Shown: positions 39,792-53,536 of the stretch, piece after piece
How the letters are laid out: each line of letters begins with the position of its first letter
Numbering within the stretch: position 1 is the first letter of the stretch
Source of the DNA: Azolla caroliniana
Taxonomy: Eukaryota; Plantae; Polypodiophyta
Assembly (NCBI GenBank): GCA_043228905.1
Contig: JBHGNT010000011.1
Span: forward strand, 18,042,001 to 18,106,000
Direction: 5' to 3'
Length of the DNA stretch: 64,000 nucleotides
The notes under the pieces: generated by a model
Databases searched by the model: none
Told to the model about the DNA's origin: nothing
The model's input: only the letters and a program-made list of their open reading frames with translations
Translations under genes and position numbers: made by a program

Positions 39792-39795
<4 letters not shown>
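39547..39795 (-). mobile_element. RTE-type LINE reverse transcriptase remnant, 5' part
   Basis: Minus strand QGCPVSHTLFGLCTNKLEERVNKVAKEEGLDGLKL..LIFILLYVNDVVL matches the QGCPLSP.LF and YADD motifs. Confidence 0.8.

Positions 39796-39847
<52 letters not shown>
39795..39847 (+). repeat. (AC)n microsatellite
   Basis: About 26 perfect AC units adjoining the RTE remnant. Confidence 0.98.
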
Positions 39848-39848
<1 letters not shown>

Positions 39849-41289
39849 TGTAGACCTTGTGGAAGTATTTAGGAAATATTCTTGCATCTTAAAAGGATCA
39901 CTAACTAGGATATTTTAACAAAGTTGGGATTCTAGTTTTCTACCATAACTTTGGAAAGTTGGCCTACTTCTTCAGTTGCCACATAAATGATAGTCTACTT
40001 CTTTGATCTTGAGGGATTGTATAAGGTGTTTGAAACCCTTGGCGTTAGAAGTATTTGTTGTAGTTACACCAAACACCCTCACATGTGCACAACAAAGTGA
40101 AGGTGAGAGCTACCAAACTAATTTTATGAAAGGGGGCCTAAGAATAGGTTGTGCACCCAAGGGCAAATTATATTATAATACAACATAACAAGGGAGATGA
40201 GGGCTAACAAACTATTGTAAAAAAGGAAACTCTAAAATAGGTTGTTAAAGTAGATGTAAAGTCTTGCGATTAATTAGAAACATTGACACATAAAACACAT
40301 CAAATGGCAATTGACATTTGATGTTGCTATAATATGGGGGATAAAGTTCTCATGAGGTACAATATACTTGCTTACAAGCATCAACATTTCCAACATGGTC
40401 CTATTGCATAGATGGTACCATGTGATTGTCCGAGATGCTGAATAATGCTTAAAAAGGGTGCATTGCATTTAAGAAACATAAATATGTCCATCATATCCAA
40501 GGGGATGAATAACATTGATCCATTGATCAATGCAACCGTGACGAGGAAACCAGTTGATGGACATGTTTCACCCACATCTTCAATTGCACCAATACATTCA
40601 ATCTTCAACATTTTTTTAGCATGAATATTACCCATACAACGTAATAAATCATAATGATCATTACTAACTTCTTCTTGGTCACTATGATGATGACAGCCAT
40701 GACCCTCCTCTTCCATATTGTTATTATGGTTTTCCATAGTTGGAATAGATTCTATCATTAGTGTTAGAACATCTTTTCACTCTTGGATGAGGTTGGTTTA
40801 CAATATACCTTGTCGTTAGCATCCTCTATTATCCAATCCTACATGATCTCCTCTCACTATTGTCCAATCCTATCAGTATTCTTTAAGCTCCACATCATCG
40901 TCATGAGATATTGGCACATGGCCAGACGCACCAATTATATACTTGGAAGCTGAATATCGACTCAATCTTATAGACCATATTAAAACATTTTGTGAACTTG
41001 ACACGCTAATTTTGTTGCATACATATATCTCAACTAGGACGAGATCAATTGTTGTAAGTAAAGGTGCACTATAAGGTAGTAAATTTGCATTCTTGCAAAA
41101 TGGGTAATATTACAACTCATTGCATTTCTCAAAAATTGGTAAATTACATTTCATTGATTTCTTATAACATGTGTTTGGCTTAGTTACCTTCTCGAATAAA
41201 ATCGTAATCCTTGGAAGCACAAGCCAGTCCTCATTACGTGAACCCTTCATTCTTGTGAAGTTTTGATTGATGAAACGAAATTTACACTT

Positions 41290-44200
41290 CTAAACCGCTA
41301 GAAGTTTGGCGAGTTCATCCACAGGAAGACCCCCCATTGGAGGTACATCCAAAGTTGGTAACTGATAACTTCTCTTCTTTACCCCTCTCTTGTTGGGTCT
41401 ATCAACATATCTTGATCGCCCAAAATATACTTGTACTTGTTCATCTCCTTGTTCCTTCCATTCTGTCTTTACTCGCAATTTCTTCAGTAATCTGTGCGTA
41501 TATATAGGACCAGTTGGAGCTGTTTCAGCTAGTTTGGTTGCTTTATTTACAATTGATTCAGGATCCATGTCAACCTTATCAAGTTCAATTGCCATCCCAC
41601 ATTCAATCGCATGATCCCATAGAGATTCTATATAAACCTTTGTGTTCTCATCTTGAATTTGACCAGCTCTTTCAATACCTTTGCCATCACCTTGTGCATC
41701 CACCTTACATAAAGAAAGCTCAGATGATATGCATGATTCTGTTAAAACCAGATCATCTGTACAAAGAACAGATTTTTCCTTTGATTGAGATGAGGGCCTC
41801 TCTGGCATTGAATCATCCGTGTCCTGATTAGCAGATTCATTATTGGTCGTACTGACTTTTCCTCTGCCTTTCCACATCAGAATATGTTCCTTTCGAAAAG
41901 ATAGCAATACACAAGGTACTAGATCCTACACAACAAATATTGGATATCAGAATTTCTTTTTATCCACAAATATGAGATGAGAATAGGCAAAATCAGCAGC
42001 TACATACTGTAGTGAGAACTTACTTTTAGTTTTGCTCCAATTTTCTTATAGTCAGTTGGCTTTAAACCTTGACAATCAATGCGCACCAAGTCATCCAATT
42101 TGAACGCATTTCTCACATCCTCGACTAGAGTCGAGTATAATCTATTTTTACCTGAAAATAGACATAACAATACCCTATATGTATATTGAAGTCCCAAGGA
42201 TGGCATAAGAAGAAACTTTTTAAAATGCAGGTTCAATTAGCACTATAAAAACTTGCCGAAGGCCTACCAATTAGGTCTTCACCCAACCATTTGAATACCA
42301 TCGAAATGAATCTTATAAGTAGTATTGAGTTCAGTCCAACAAGTCTTTGCTTCAACTTTTCAAACATTTTTGTAATTCTTTTTTCCAGATACCCTATTTC
42401 TTAATTTATTTTATCCTATCTTTCCACCATGTTTCAAGGATGCAGAATTAGACGATGTTTCAGATTTTGAGCACATAATTGCCAATTTCTATTTTCAGAG
42501 GAAACTTCGAACTTTGTATCCTCTATACTATTCTCATCGAAAACTTAAGGTGTCTCAATATCATCTTAAACATGATATTGCTTCCAAGGTACAAAAAATA
42601 GAGCATGATACTCAAACCTGTGTCACCAAAAGCCCTTGTCTTTGATTGAACACATCACAAGCCACTGACAGGAAGTGCCACTAATAGGTCCAATTCAATA
42701 AGATCAAGGAACGAAATCATGATGGAAATGAAGTATAGGTATGCGTGTTTGCATGCATATGTGCATGTGGATCTTGGTGTGGTTTTATGCCATCTTCTGG
42801 ACATATGTTTAGAATGACAAAACCTAGCATGTTAGCAATAACACAATCAACATAAAATTTGCATGTCAACATAAGATCAACATGCACCTATTTTGTAGAC
42901 TGGTTCAACTTTCCTCCCCAGCACTCGCAACTTATATGCTTCCTCTTTTGTAAGTTCCTCTGGAGCATCCTGAATGAGCTTAGGATAGATCGGGCTGGCT
43001 GGTTTCCAAAGCATAAGAGGAATTTTAGGACGGTCTTTGTAGTTGTAGTTGCGTCCACGAAAAAGGTACAAGACACCTCCAGTCCTATAGATAATCTTTC
43101 CCCCTGTTTTATCCTGTGTAGACATGTACAGATTAAACTCAACCAGGGATGCTTTGAACATCTACAAGTTCAATACAAGTGTTTATAAAAAAATATGTGA
43201 AGGGTACAATCAATAATACCATCCAAGTTATGAAACCGGACAGTAGAAGATAATCATTTAGGCATTGTATGCATTTCACTCAATATGTGAGTTGATGGTT
43301 AACATGACAGTGAGATGGCCCACAGGACTTCATTCAAACATGCAACTCCAAAAAATATATCTTCAATCACATATAGCCTTAACTCTCATTGTTATTCTAA
43401 CTTTTTATTCATTGTTATTGTACTTCAATTGTGGATTTTTTTTTTAAAATGCTAAGTGTACATATTGATGCTGGCTTTTTGTTTTTATCTACTTCTTTGG
43501 TGCTAAAATTTAAGTATACCACAAACTTTATCATGCACATCCAGAACAAATCCTTATACCAAACGCATAACCTCATAAAAGAATCAACGAACTAAGTTTC
43601 TCACACATTCAAACAGGAGGGGCAGAATCTAGCCCATTATAGCATATAACAAAAAGAGAATAAATGTGAATAAGGAATTGTGAATAGGAAAAGAAAATTA
43701 ACCTCAATCTGAAAACAAATATTGTCCATGTCCACCGTTGGTACACCTTTGCACTTGATTTTGCAAACTCTTCTTCTTTTCCAATGACAATGGATTGTAT
43801 CCAGCATATTATGAGTTAGCCCATCCCTACCTGCAATCAACCTCCGCTTAATAACTATCCATGATAAGGAAACAGTGTAGTTCCTTATCATATTTATCCA
43901 TAACCTGCTGTGATTTCTATTTGTTTCCAAGGGGAACAATTTTTTTCTTGCCTCTCATCTGATAATATTTATTTCCCCAAAATACCTCATTGTTTAACCC
44001 ATCCATAAGATGTCTTTCAGTACATATCGATGACACATCATCATGAAAATGGTTTCTAGGATAAAGAGAAGTTAGATCATGGTAATTCTTTCTCTCCATA
44101 GTTTAACATATAGTTTCCTTCAATTGTACAGATAACCATCACTTTCTGTCAATCTAATTATCATTATTGATGTCTACTCAGGCTAATTCTATTTTGGTTC

Positions 44201-46148
44201 ACACGTTTTGCCTTTTCTATCAATCATTTTACCTCTTTGTCCAAAGATGAAAATATTTATTGCCTGAAATGAATTGAATATACATTTGCCATGTTTCCGC
44301 TAACAATTCATAAACCATAGCTAAAAGTGAACTTAACTTTACCATGTTTGGGTTATTCAATAACTAAAATTCCTATTGATAAAGTTGTTAAAGTCACAAG
44401 AAACCTAATGGGTTCATATGGTTATACACTTGCCTCAAGCTTCAAGTCAGCAAATATTTAGATACAAAACTTGTATATTTTCATGTCTATATTGAGAAAT
44501 AAAGATTGTTTATCCCACAACCTATATTTATAAAAACTCATATAGCACACAGTTAAATACATTTCTTCTGAGAAAGGTCTAAGATGATACCAAGATTTAG
44601 TTGACGATTCTCACGCTGACATTTTTCAACTAGATAGACAATGTCCTCTTTTGATAAAGGATCTCCCAAAATCTCTTCTCTTGTTTTTGCTGGCCTAGGG
44701 CCTTGACCTTCGTTAAAAGGACCAGGATCTTGAACAAACTTCACTCCCTTTTTATTTTTTGGAGGAGGATTGAAAGAATCAAACTCTGGCACTTTCTTTT
44801 TGGTAGGATTTGGGGGTTTGCCACCTGTCCATGGTCTAGGTATTGAAATGGGTCCAAATGGTGAATATGGGCGTTCCCGATAGCCTAATATTGGTGCTTT
44901 TGGGATCTCTGTATAGCTATATCGAAATTCAAAAGGGAGATCTGGTATATTGTGTTGTTGCCATGTTGGTTTCATGTCGCTTGAACTAGTTGGCATGTGA
45001 GTCTCATGAGGAACTTCAGAGTTCTTCTCATCAATATGAATATCAGATGATCTTCGTCTTTCTTGTCTTGGTACTAAGTCATCATCTATAGTACATGAAT
45101 ATGTGGCAGACGCATTTTCTTCATCACCTGAAGTGCTCCATGGTGTCAAAGAGCCATTCTCTTCATCGTCTGAGTCGGTCCAGTTAAAATTGTTAATACC
45201 CTCCTCTATCTCAGCATGGTTCTCTATTTGTGCATCTATTTTCCATTTTCCCATATTATCTTTGAACTCCTGCAATCCATATTTTTCATTATTTATTTTC
45301 TTATTCTCCAATGTAGAATCCACGTTGGCACTATTCAAAACTTCTTTTTTTCCTTTATATGCATCAAAATTGGATAGATCCTTATTCCTTCCAGGAACCC
45401 TTGTTTCTCTTTGAGCCATCCTTTCTTGTAGTTCATACTTCTCATCATCTACCTTATTCTTTGGCATAGTTTTCACATTCATTGGACTTCGTTTTCCTTT
45501 ATATGCATCAGGATTCATCAAACTACCATTTCCTCTTTTGGATGCATCAAAACTAGATCGATTTGATTTTCTTCCAAGAACCCTTTTTCTTCCTATAGGC
45601 AGTTGTGGTTTCAAATTACTAGAATAAAAGTATTTCTTATCCGCATCCCAGGGCACATTAGGAGAGTTTGCAAACAAATTCAAAAGGAATGGTTTTGATT
45701 CTACTAAATCATTCTTTTCCTCCTTTGTATCCACATCAGAAAACTTCTTTCTCGGATCGATACCCTTATTTCTCAAACCAATCTTCTGTCTCTCTTTGTT
45801 CTTGAGAGAAATCAACATCTCCTCGAGCTTCGACGTGAAGGCTGATCCTTTCTGATCTTGAATTAAGGCAACTTTAGGATGAATCTCTCCTTGAGCTGAA
45901 GGGATCCATCTTTTTCTATCCGAGACGGAAACGGTATGAGAAGCAGAAGAGGAAGGAGATTGGGATACTCTGTTTTTAAGCCTTTCTTCAGGGCATGGCA
46001 TTGTTCCACCGCCACGACTCTGATCATCTTCGTCATGGAGGATGCAGACCGGAGAGTGGAGTTTGAATGCAAAAGCTCGGTGAGTGGGCTTAGCGAGGGC
46101 GTGATGGTTGAGGAAGCTAGAGGAGGATAGGGATGCCAAACTCTCCAT
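41290..46148 (-). CDS. CAF1: CRS2-associated factor 1-like CRM-domain group II intron splicing factor, chloroplast-targeted
   Basis: Exons 46148-44591, 43830-43703, 43113-42888, 42151-42024, 41925-41290. Ser-rich transit-like N-terminus; [87 protein letters not shown]; second CRM domain [32 protein letters not shown]1 vs CAF2 cannot be settled here. Confidence 0.92.
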
Positions 46149-48009
46149 CAATCAGATCACAAAACAGAAACAGAAACAGAAACAGAAACAGAAACAGAGA
46201 TATGGTGTGCACTGTGAACTCTCCGAGCTTCTTTCTTTTTGGTTCGGTTCGGTTCGGTTCGGTTCGGTCTGGTTCAGTATTGTCTATTTGAAAGATATGT
46301 GTGAGTTCTCTCTCCTAAGTATTAAGGAGGAGAAATCTTGCCCCTTTTCACCCTTTTCTGAATGCACACTTTAGAATCATCTAAGTCTCCTCCTCATCTT
46401 CTTCTATCTATTCCGCTTTTGGGTGTGTCTTGGTCTTTGCTCGATCTTGTCTCATATGTTTGTTCAATCCACCAATATCAAAATCAATGCCTGTTTTTAC
46501 GACAATTTTGCGGATTGCCAGAAATAATGTTATATTAATTTATTTTTAACAACCCTACAAGGCTTATTATTTTCAATCTAAAATACTAGTCATATGCAAA
46601 ATGTATGCAAGAAACATGATGATGATGATAATGATGTAATTTGTGGGGAACAAGCCTTTATTATGTACAAAGCTTTAATTGTTAATAAGAAAGGAACCCT
46701 TTAGCTTCCCAACTTTCATCAAAAGGGTGCCTTGAGTGACTATGGGGCTACCTTTTGGTCATTCTCTCGTCATTGCATCCCTTAATATCCACTTTCCTCC
46801 ATATAGCTTTTCTTTGCTAATTAATCGAAATATACATGATTTTATTTAATAAATAGTTTTTACTTAAAATCGAGACACCTCGTATGTTTCTTATATAGTA
46901 ATTGTCTCTTTAATTAAGACTAACATGTTTTTTAGGAACTGGAATGTTCAAGGGATTCCTAACCATTTCTTGAGGATTTTTCGGGGGTCATATTTGGAAT
47001 AGGACAATTACTTAAAGAATTATAGTTTTTCAATGGTTGTTGGTTTTGTGTAGTGTCCCGATTGGATAAGTCACACTTAGGCAAGTTATCCAATTTGTTA
47101 ATCACGATTCACAAGAATCTAGTCAGGGTTATTTTTGGGAGAGTACAATGGCAAAAAAGTTTTGTAATAAAAACTCTCAATATAAAAATAATGCGCACAC
47201 GTGTTTGTGCCTCCTTCTCGATGGACATTTTGACTATGAAACTTAAATTACCACGCTCGTCTATATGTTATCATACATTCTTGTGAATTGCCCTGTGTTC
47301 AATGTGTGACAAGTAATCGATATGCATCATTCACCGAGGTTTCATTGCATACCTTGCATATATTCATATTTGGGTGATGATGTCATGATGCCACCACAAC
47401 ACCTAACTTGCGTGAGTAAGTCAAAGAAGTGTTAAGGTTCATGGGGGTGGTGAGTGGATATGTTACGGCATTTTTACCTTGTATCGGGGCCAACAATGAA
47501 GGCAAATATTTGCAATGTAACATTCTAAATTTGTAATTTTAGCATGTTGTCACATCATTCATCCTTAGTGCCTCTAGTAATTTATCCTTGATGATCTAGA
47601 GAGAGACAGAATGTTAAGAAAGAATCATCAAGCTATGCAAAGAATAAAAGAGATTTGCAGATGAAGGATATTGGAAAAGATATTTATTACGTGTAAAGTT
47701 GGTTAGTTACACAACAAAGGAAAAAATCACACTATGCAGAATATCGTGCATAAAAGCCGGTCGGTTGTAGACTAGAGCGGAGGGAATTAGATAACATATT
47801 GCAATAAGGTATTGTTCGGTTTCCCACGCTTTGGCAGAGCAAGTGATAAATCATGTGGCACGAGTCATTTGATCAATTTCTTTTCTCCCTTTCCCTTATC
47901 AATGAATGAAAGGCGGGCTAATCGTGGGGACAGAGCTGAAGTATGTATATCATTTGGCCATGACTTATTAGTCCTTCATAGCCACACTTGGTGCTCTAGA
48001 AACCATATA

Positions 48010-48058
48010 CGTATACATATATATATAATATACATACATACATACATACATACATACA

Positions 48059-48094
<36 letters not shown>

Positions 48095-48119
48095 TATATA
48101 TAGATAGATAGATAGATAG
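48010..48119 (+). repeat. Compound SSR (TA)n(TACA)n(TA)n(GATA)n upstream of the PAP gene
   Basis: Read directly from the sequence. Confidence 0.95.
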
Positions 48120-48416
48120 TGTGTTTGAGTGTTGAACAAAAAAGAGCAATTTACCTTTTGACCTTTAGTCTAAGATATTTTGAACGTCAAGCCCCTATTG
48201 TTGACCTGACCTTTTTGACCTATACTCTGTTTCCATTGACCGATGACCTTCTTCCTTATATGTACATACATATACAATGGAGAGATTGACTGAAACAGAT
48301 ATGCAGATAGATTGACTCTGAGAGAGAGATAGAGAGAGAGAGCTCAGAGAGAGTGTGCTGTGTTTGTGTTTGTGTTTGTGTTTGCGTGTCTCAAAACGCA
48401 AAGAATCAAGCTTCCC

Positions 48417-50950
48417 ATGGTTTCTTCCCTCCCCTGCTTCCTCACCATGTCGCTTCTCCTTCTCCTACCACTGCTTCTTCTTCAGCAGGTGCTGGGCTCC
48501 CTACCCCCCCTTCGTTTCAATCCTTCCACAGGACAATTCAAAATCTTGCAGGTGAGGACTCAGCACCTCAGAATGCCCTGATTCTGATCATTTCTTTGAT
48601 TCTCATCCCCACTTTGTTCCGTGTATCTTGGCATCCGTTTGGATGCATCTATCTATCTATCATTTGTTTCATATGCCCCTCCTGATGCTTGTATGTATGT
48701 ATGCATGCATGCATGATTTCTGTCTTTATGCCTATACTCCTTATATATGCATGTCTATCTCAGGTTGCAGATATGCACTATGCAAACGGGGCTTCTACAC
48801 CATGCGAGGATGTCACGGAATCTCAGATGCATACATGCTCAGATCTCAACACGACAGTGTTCCTTCGTCGTATGATCGCCGCTGAGAAGCCTGATTTGAT
48901 CGTCTTCACAGGTAAAGCATGTGGTTTTTGACTTCACATATATGCCATTGCCAACTGCAGGCTCCTATATCTATTGTTATGCTGTATATATAGTGGATTG
49001 TTTATGTCCATTTTATATTGCAAATCAGTTCAGCTTGGGTCCATTATATGGCACATCATGGTTTCTCATCTCCATTTTTCTGTCTGCCATTATTTGCTTC
49101 ATTTTTTGATGCATAAAATTGATTTCTTAGATTGTTAATCTCGTTGCACATCATTTGGTTCTTATATTGCTCATCGTGTTTTCTATTTCCGTTATGGCTG
49201 CGCACTATATTGCATATCATGTCTTCTTATCTCCATCTTGTCTCATGTTATTTCTTCTGATGTTGCATCTCATGGCTGGACATATGTCTGTGATGTTGCA
49301 TCTCATGTTTTTTCTTGACATGCCCATAATGTCCCAATCATGTCTTTCTTATACCCAGCATGTTGCATATGATTATGTCCATCCGTTTTGTGTAAGTTTT
49401 AACCAAAAACCATCCCTACAGGAGACAACATCTTTGGCAGTGATTGTCATGATGCTGCAGCTTCTCAAGTGGCAGCTTTTGCTCCTGCAGTGGATGCCGG
49501 GATCCCATGGGCAGCCATTCTCGGAAATCATGACCAAGAAGGAAACCTCAGTCGCCACCAGCTGATGGAACACATAGTGTCCATGAATCACTCACGAGCT
49601 CGGGTCAATCCATATCCTCGTTACACCATTGATGGATTTGGTAACTATAACCTCGAGGTGAAAGGCGTTGAAGGATCTTCATTAGCTAACAAGAGTGTTC
49701 TCAACCTCTTTTACTTGGATAGTGGTGACTATTCCACTGTTGTGAACGTTTCTGGCTATGGTTGGATTAAGCCTAGCCAACAAGTCTGGTTCTTGGAAAC
49801 CTCATCCAAATTGAAGGTAAAATATCTACAAAAAGAGTTGGTTTTAATTTGAAGTTTAATGCAGTGTGGGCATAGCTAAGTGGTATGAACTTTGAAATGA
49901 AGATGTCCTGATTGTTTTTATCCCTCATATGAAAGGCAATGCTTTTAAATGGATTGTCAACATCGATTCACAGCATTTTTCGTTTTCTCTTTAAAATGAA
50001 TGCAGTCATGAATGGGGAACTGTTTTAACATTCGGTAGTAAGGTCTACACACTGACAATTTGCACATATGATTTGTATTTGAAATTAGAATGGGCCCTTA
50101 TAGTTAATCCCAATATGGTTTTCCCACATGATTCATACTTGAGATTAGGTATGGGCTTAGTTTGGTTTGGTTTCTTGGCTTCGAAACCAATCCATTCATA
50201 CATAACAAAAACTAAACCAAATGAGTGCAGTCATGAATGGAGAACTGTTTTAACATTCGATTGTAGTCACTATGTGCAATCAAATGGCTGACCACAATAT
50301 ATATGCAATCATAGCCATTTCATTTTTTGTGCTATGGTAGGAAGGAGAGGAATTTGGAATCAATGAATGGAAGAATTGTTTTACCATTATTGTCTTTGTT
50401 TTGGTTACTACATGCAATCATCAAAACTTAATTTCGCAACATTGCAATTTCGTGGAAAAGGTAACAATTTGCTAAAGGTGTGATTGATTAAATGGATGGA
50501 TGGCAGGCTGAATACAAGAGCAAACCAGCAGCGCAAAACACTGCGGCTCCTGGACTCACGTTTTTCCACATCCCCATACCAGAGTTCAGTTATTTCGACA
50601 AATCCAACAGGGTGGGAGTGAGACAAGAACCTATTAGTTCATCATTGTGGAACTCTGGATTTTTTTCATCAATGCTCGACGATGGCGATGTGAAGGCGGC
50701 ATTTGTGGGTCATGATCATGTCAATGATTTTTGTGGTGAGCTCGAGGGTTTGAGTCTATGCTATGGTGGAGGTTTCGGTTACCATGCCTACGGGCTGGCA
50801 GGATGGTCGAGAAGAGCTCGGATAATTGTAGCTTCTTTGGGGAGGGAGAATGATGGTACATGGGGAGGTGTTAATGAAATAAGGACTTGGAAGAGGTTGG
50901 ACGACAATGTCTTTAGCACGATCAACCAAGAGGTCTTATGGTCTACATAA
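48417..50950 (+). CDS. PAP29: PAP29/PAP28/PAP14-like 'purple acid phosphatase' (calcineurin-like metallophosphoesterase, DCR2 type) with signal peptide
   Basis: Exons 48417-48551, 48764-48911, 49422-49816, 50507-50950. Motifs FKILQVADMHYANG, CSDLNTT, EKPDLIVFTGDNIFG, PWAAILGNHDQE, IDGFGNYNLEV, LDSGDYS, FFHIPIPE, FVGHDHVNDFCG, LCYGGGFGYHAYG..GWSRRAR, TWKRLDD. Confidence 0.94.
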
Positions 50951-53396
50951 AATAAAATTTCCGTTATGATGTGGGATACGAGAGGTGAGGAAGTATCATT
51001 CACTCTACAATATGGAAGAAGCATTCCACTATCACAATTTACCAGAATAAAAGCTACGTAGATTGGCATCACAATTAACAATAAAAACTGAATCTTCACC
51101 TTAATCTTTATGGAATAAAGACTGCCCTTAACTCCAAGCTTATATTGGAACAAAAAGCATGGTATTGGACCATATTTGGTTCGTAGATACGAGCCCACAA
51201 TGTGGCATATCCTTTTTGAGCATATTATTATGAAAAAATCTGAAGTCTACATACAACGTGCAAAAATAAAAGAACAATGATTGCTAGTCAAATCATAGTT
51301 TAGAGGAATGATGTTGTCACCATCGTGCTCGACCAAGGAAAAATAGATGCATTTGTGTAGATAAAGGGACATTACATTATGCTTATATATTAACTTTATC
51401 CCGTTTTTTGTATAAGAAATTTTGGCTTTTGCAATTGTGAAGCACGAAATGGGTTTCTCAAGTAGTTGAGCGATTCCAAAAGTGATAAGAGATTTAGTGT
51501 TTAGATAAGTCTAAAGGACATGACAATATTATGGATAGGGTTTGTTTATGTATATCCATGTATTCATTCTTAGTAGCCCAAACACACACATATAAATGCA
51601 CCACACTAGCATATTTGCAAGCAATAAATCTTTTTATGTCCTCTTGATATTAGGAAATTTGGACGTTTTGATCAAATATATTTGCATTTTGATTGGACGT
51701 TATACATGCATTAGACAAAGAAATCTTATGTTTATACATCATATTACATATTCCATAGCTCATCAAATTTGATCGAGGTGTTACACAAATGAAATGTGTT
51801 ACATTTAAACTTTGTATGACTCCTTAGCTTGAAGAAATACATAAAGAAGTGAAAAGATTGAAGTATACATCTTGTCACATTTTGTCATCAATAATGCTTT
51901 GACCATTTTTTGATCTAAAAACCTATGCTTGGTAGTATCTTTAAAAACTCATTTTCGTGAAGCTTGTAATACAAGTGGGAAAACTCTACAAGAGGGAAGG
52001 AGATCCCACTAACTTGCAAGTCTCAACTACACATGTTGGGATAATAAATTTGACCTTGTGTGAAAAATTGGCTAAACCATACTAAATTCACAAAGCTTTG
52101 GTGAAATGATAGGATTGTTTAGAAGGGATTAGTAAATGAGTATACTAACAAGGGATTGTGGGTGCGTGAGCACACAAGTGTGATTGCATCATGATGGCCA
52201 ATGAAGCAAATAGTAGACTATTAGCATGACATGCTATAACTAAAGTTCATGATTAGGAGGCAATTTTTACATCTACTTTCTTGGCGATCTAATACTACTA
52301 GTTTAATTATATGTATGTTGATATACACACCGATTCCCTTATGGACAATGATATTCTACCAACACATCAGTCAATCTACCTTAGCCTACCAAATTTCATC
52401 TTTACAATTATATTCCACCAACACACCAGTCAATCTTTACAATGTGCAAGTTAACTTTTCCAAAACATGGCATCCACAAATAATCAATCTACTCATCTAT
52501 TCCAATCAAAGCATGATATTTATGATGTCGTTCTTTGATCCTTTTCAAAGTGCTTAATATATAATACAACTCCTTTACACTCTTCAAAGCATGAAATTGC
52601 TCGTGCCGTATCTCTTTTATTCTTTTTCATGCAAGGATTTTAAGGTAAAAAGTTTAAACTATTCTTTTTATTGCTGAATCAATGAATTGCACATTTTCTT
52701 ATGTTGCTTTGTAAAGGTGATTTGCTGTTTGATTTCTATGTAATACTATTTTGATGATTGACAACCAATATATATATATATCTCCATAATGTTATATAAA
52801 ATCTGGCTTGAGTCATATAGGAGACCGTGGCATGACTTACAATGGCATTCATTCACATGCATCACATGTTGGCCATTAACAATATCGATTAATGTACTCT
52901 TCTTTTGGCACATAGGATTTACTTTCAGCCTCATTGAATAAGACATAAATCAAGGAATCACTTCTTTTGATCAAGGACAAATCTTGGAAGATGGTTGGCT
53001 AAGAAGGCTCTAGAACATTGTCAAAAGGTGGGAGGAGTTTGAATTTCTCACGGTGTAAAAAATATTCGTCGACAACTTCACGCGCAAGGATCACATAATT
53101 TTGAGCACCCTTTACGTGTGCGTGCTTCATTCCCTGTTAAATATCAGTAACCGACAACGGTCACTAGGTGGGGGGGGTTCCCAAATCATGTCTCTGAGAG
53201 TAGGCAACCATCGTGAGAGCAAAAGGAAGGTCAGCCAACGCTGGTTCGAAATGAACAACCATGAGGATGTACATGGAACAGTGCCAACGTTGGGATGGGG
53301 GGGTGTGAGTCAGACAAGGGTTGGGGAGTGTACCAGATCATGACCACTGTGGTTAAGCGCCCATACGTAAAGATTGAGGTTGTCTCATGGGTATAA

Positions 53397-53424
53397 TACA
53401 TACATACATACATACATACATAGG

Positions 53425-53462
<38 letters not shown>

Positions 53463-53504
53463 CATACACACACACACACACACACACATACATACATACA
53501 TACA

Positions 53505-53535
<31 letters not shown>
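53397..53535 (+). repeat. Compound SSR (TACA)n(GATA)n(CA)n(TACA)n upstream of STR1
   Basis: Read directly from the sequence. Confidence 0.95.
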
Positions 53536-53536
<1 letters not shown>

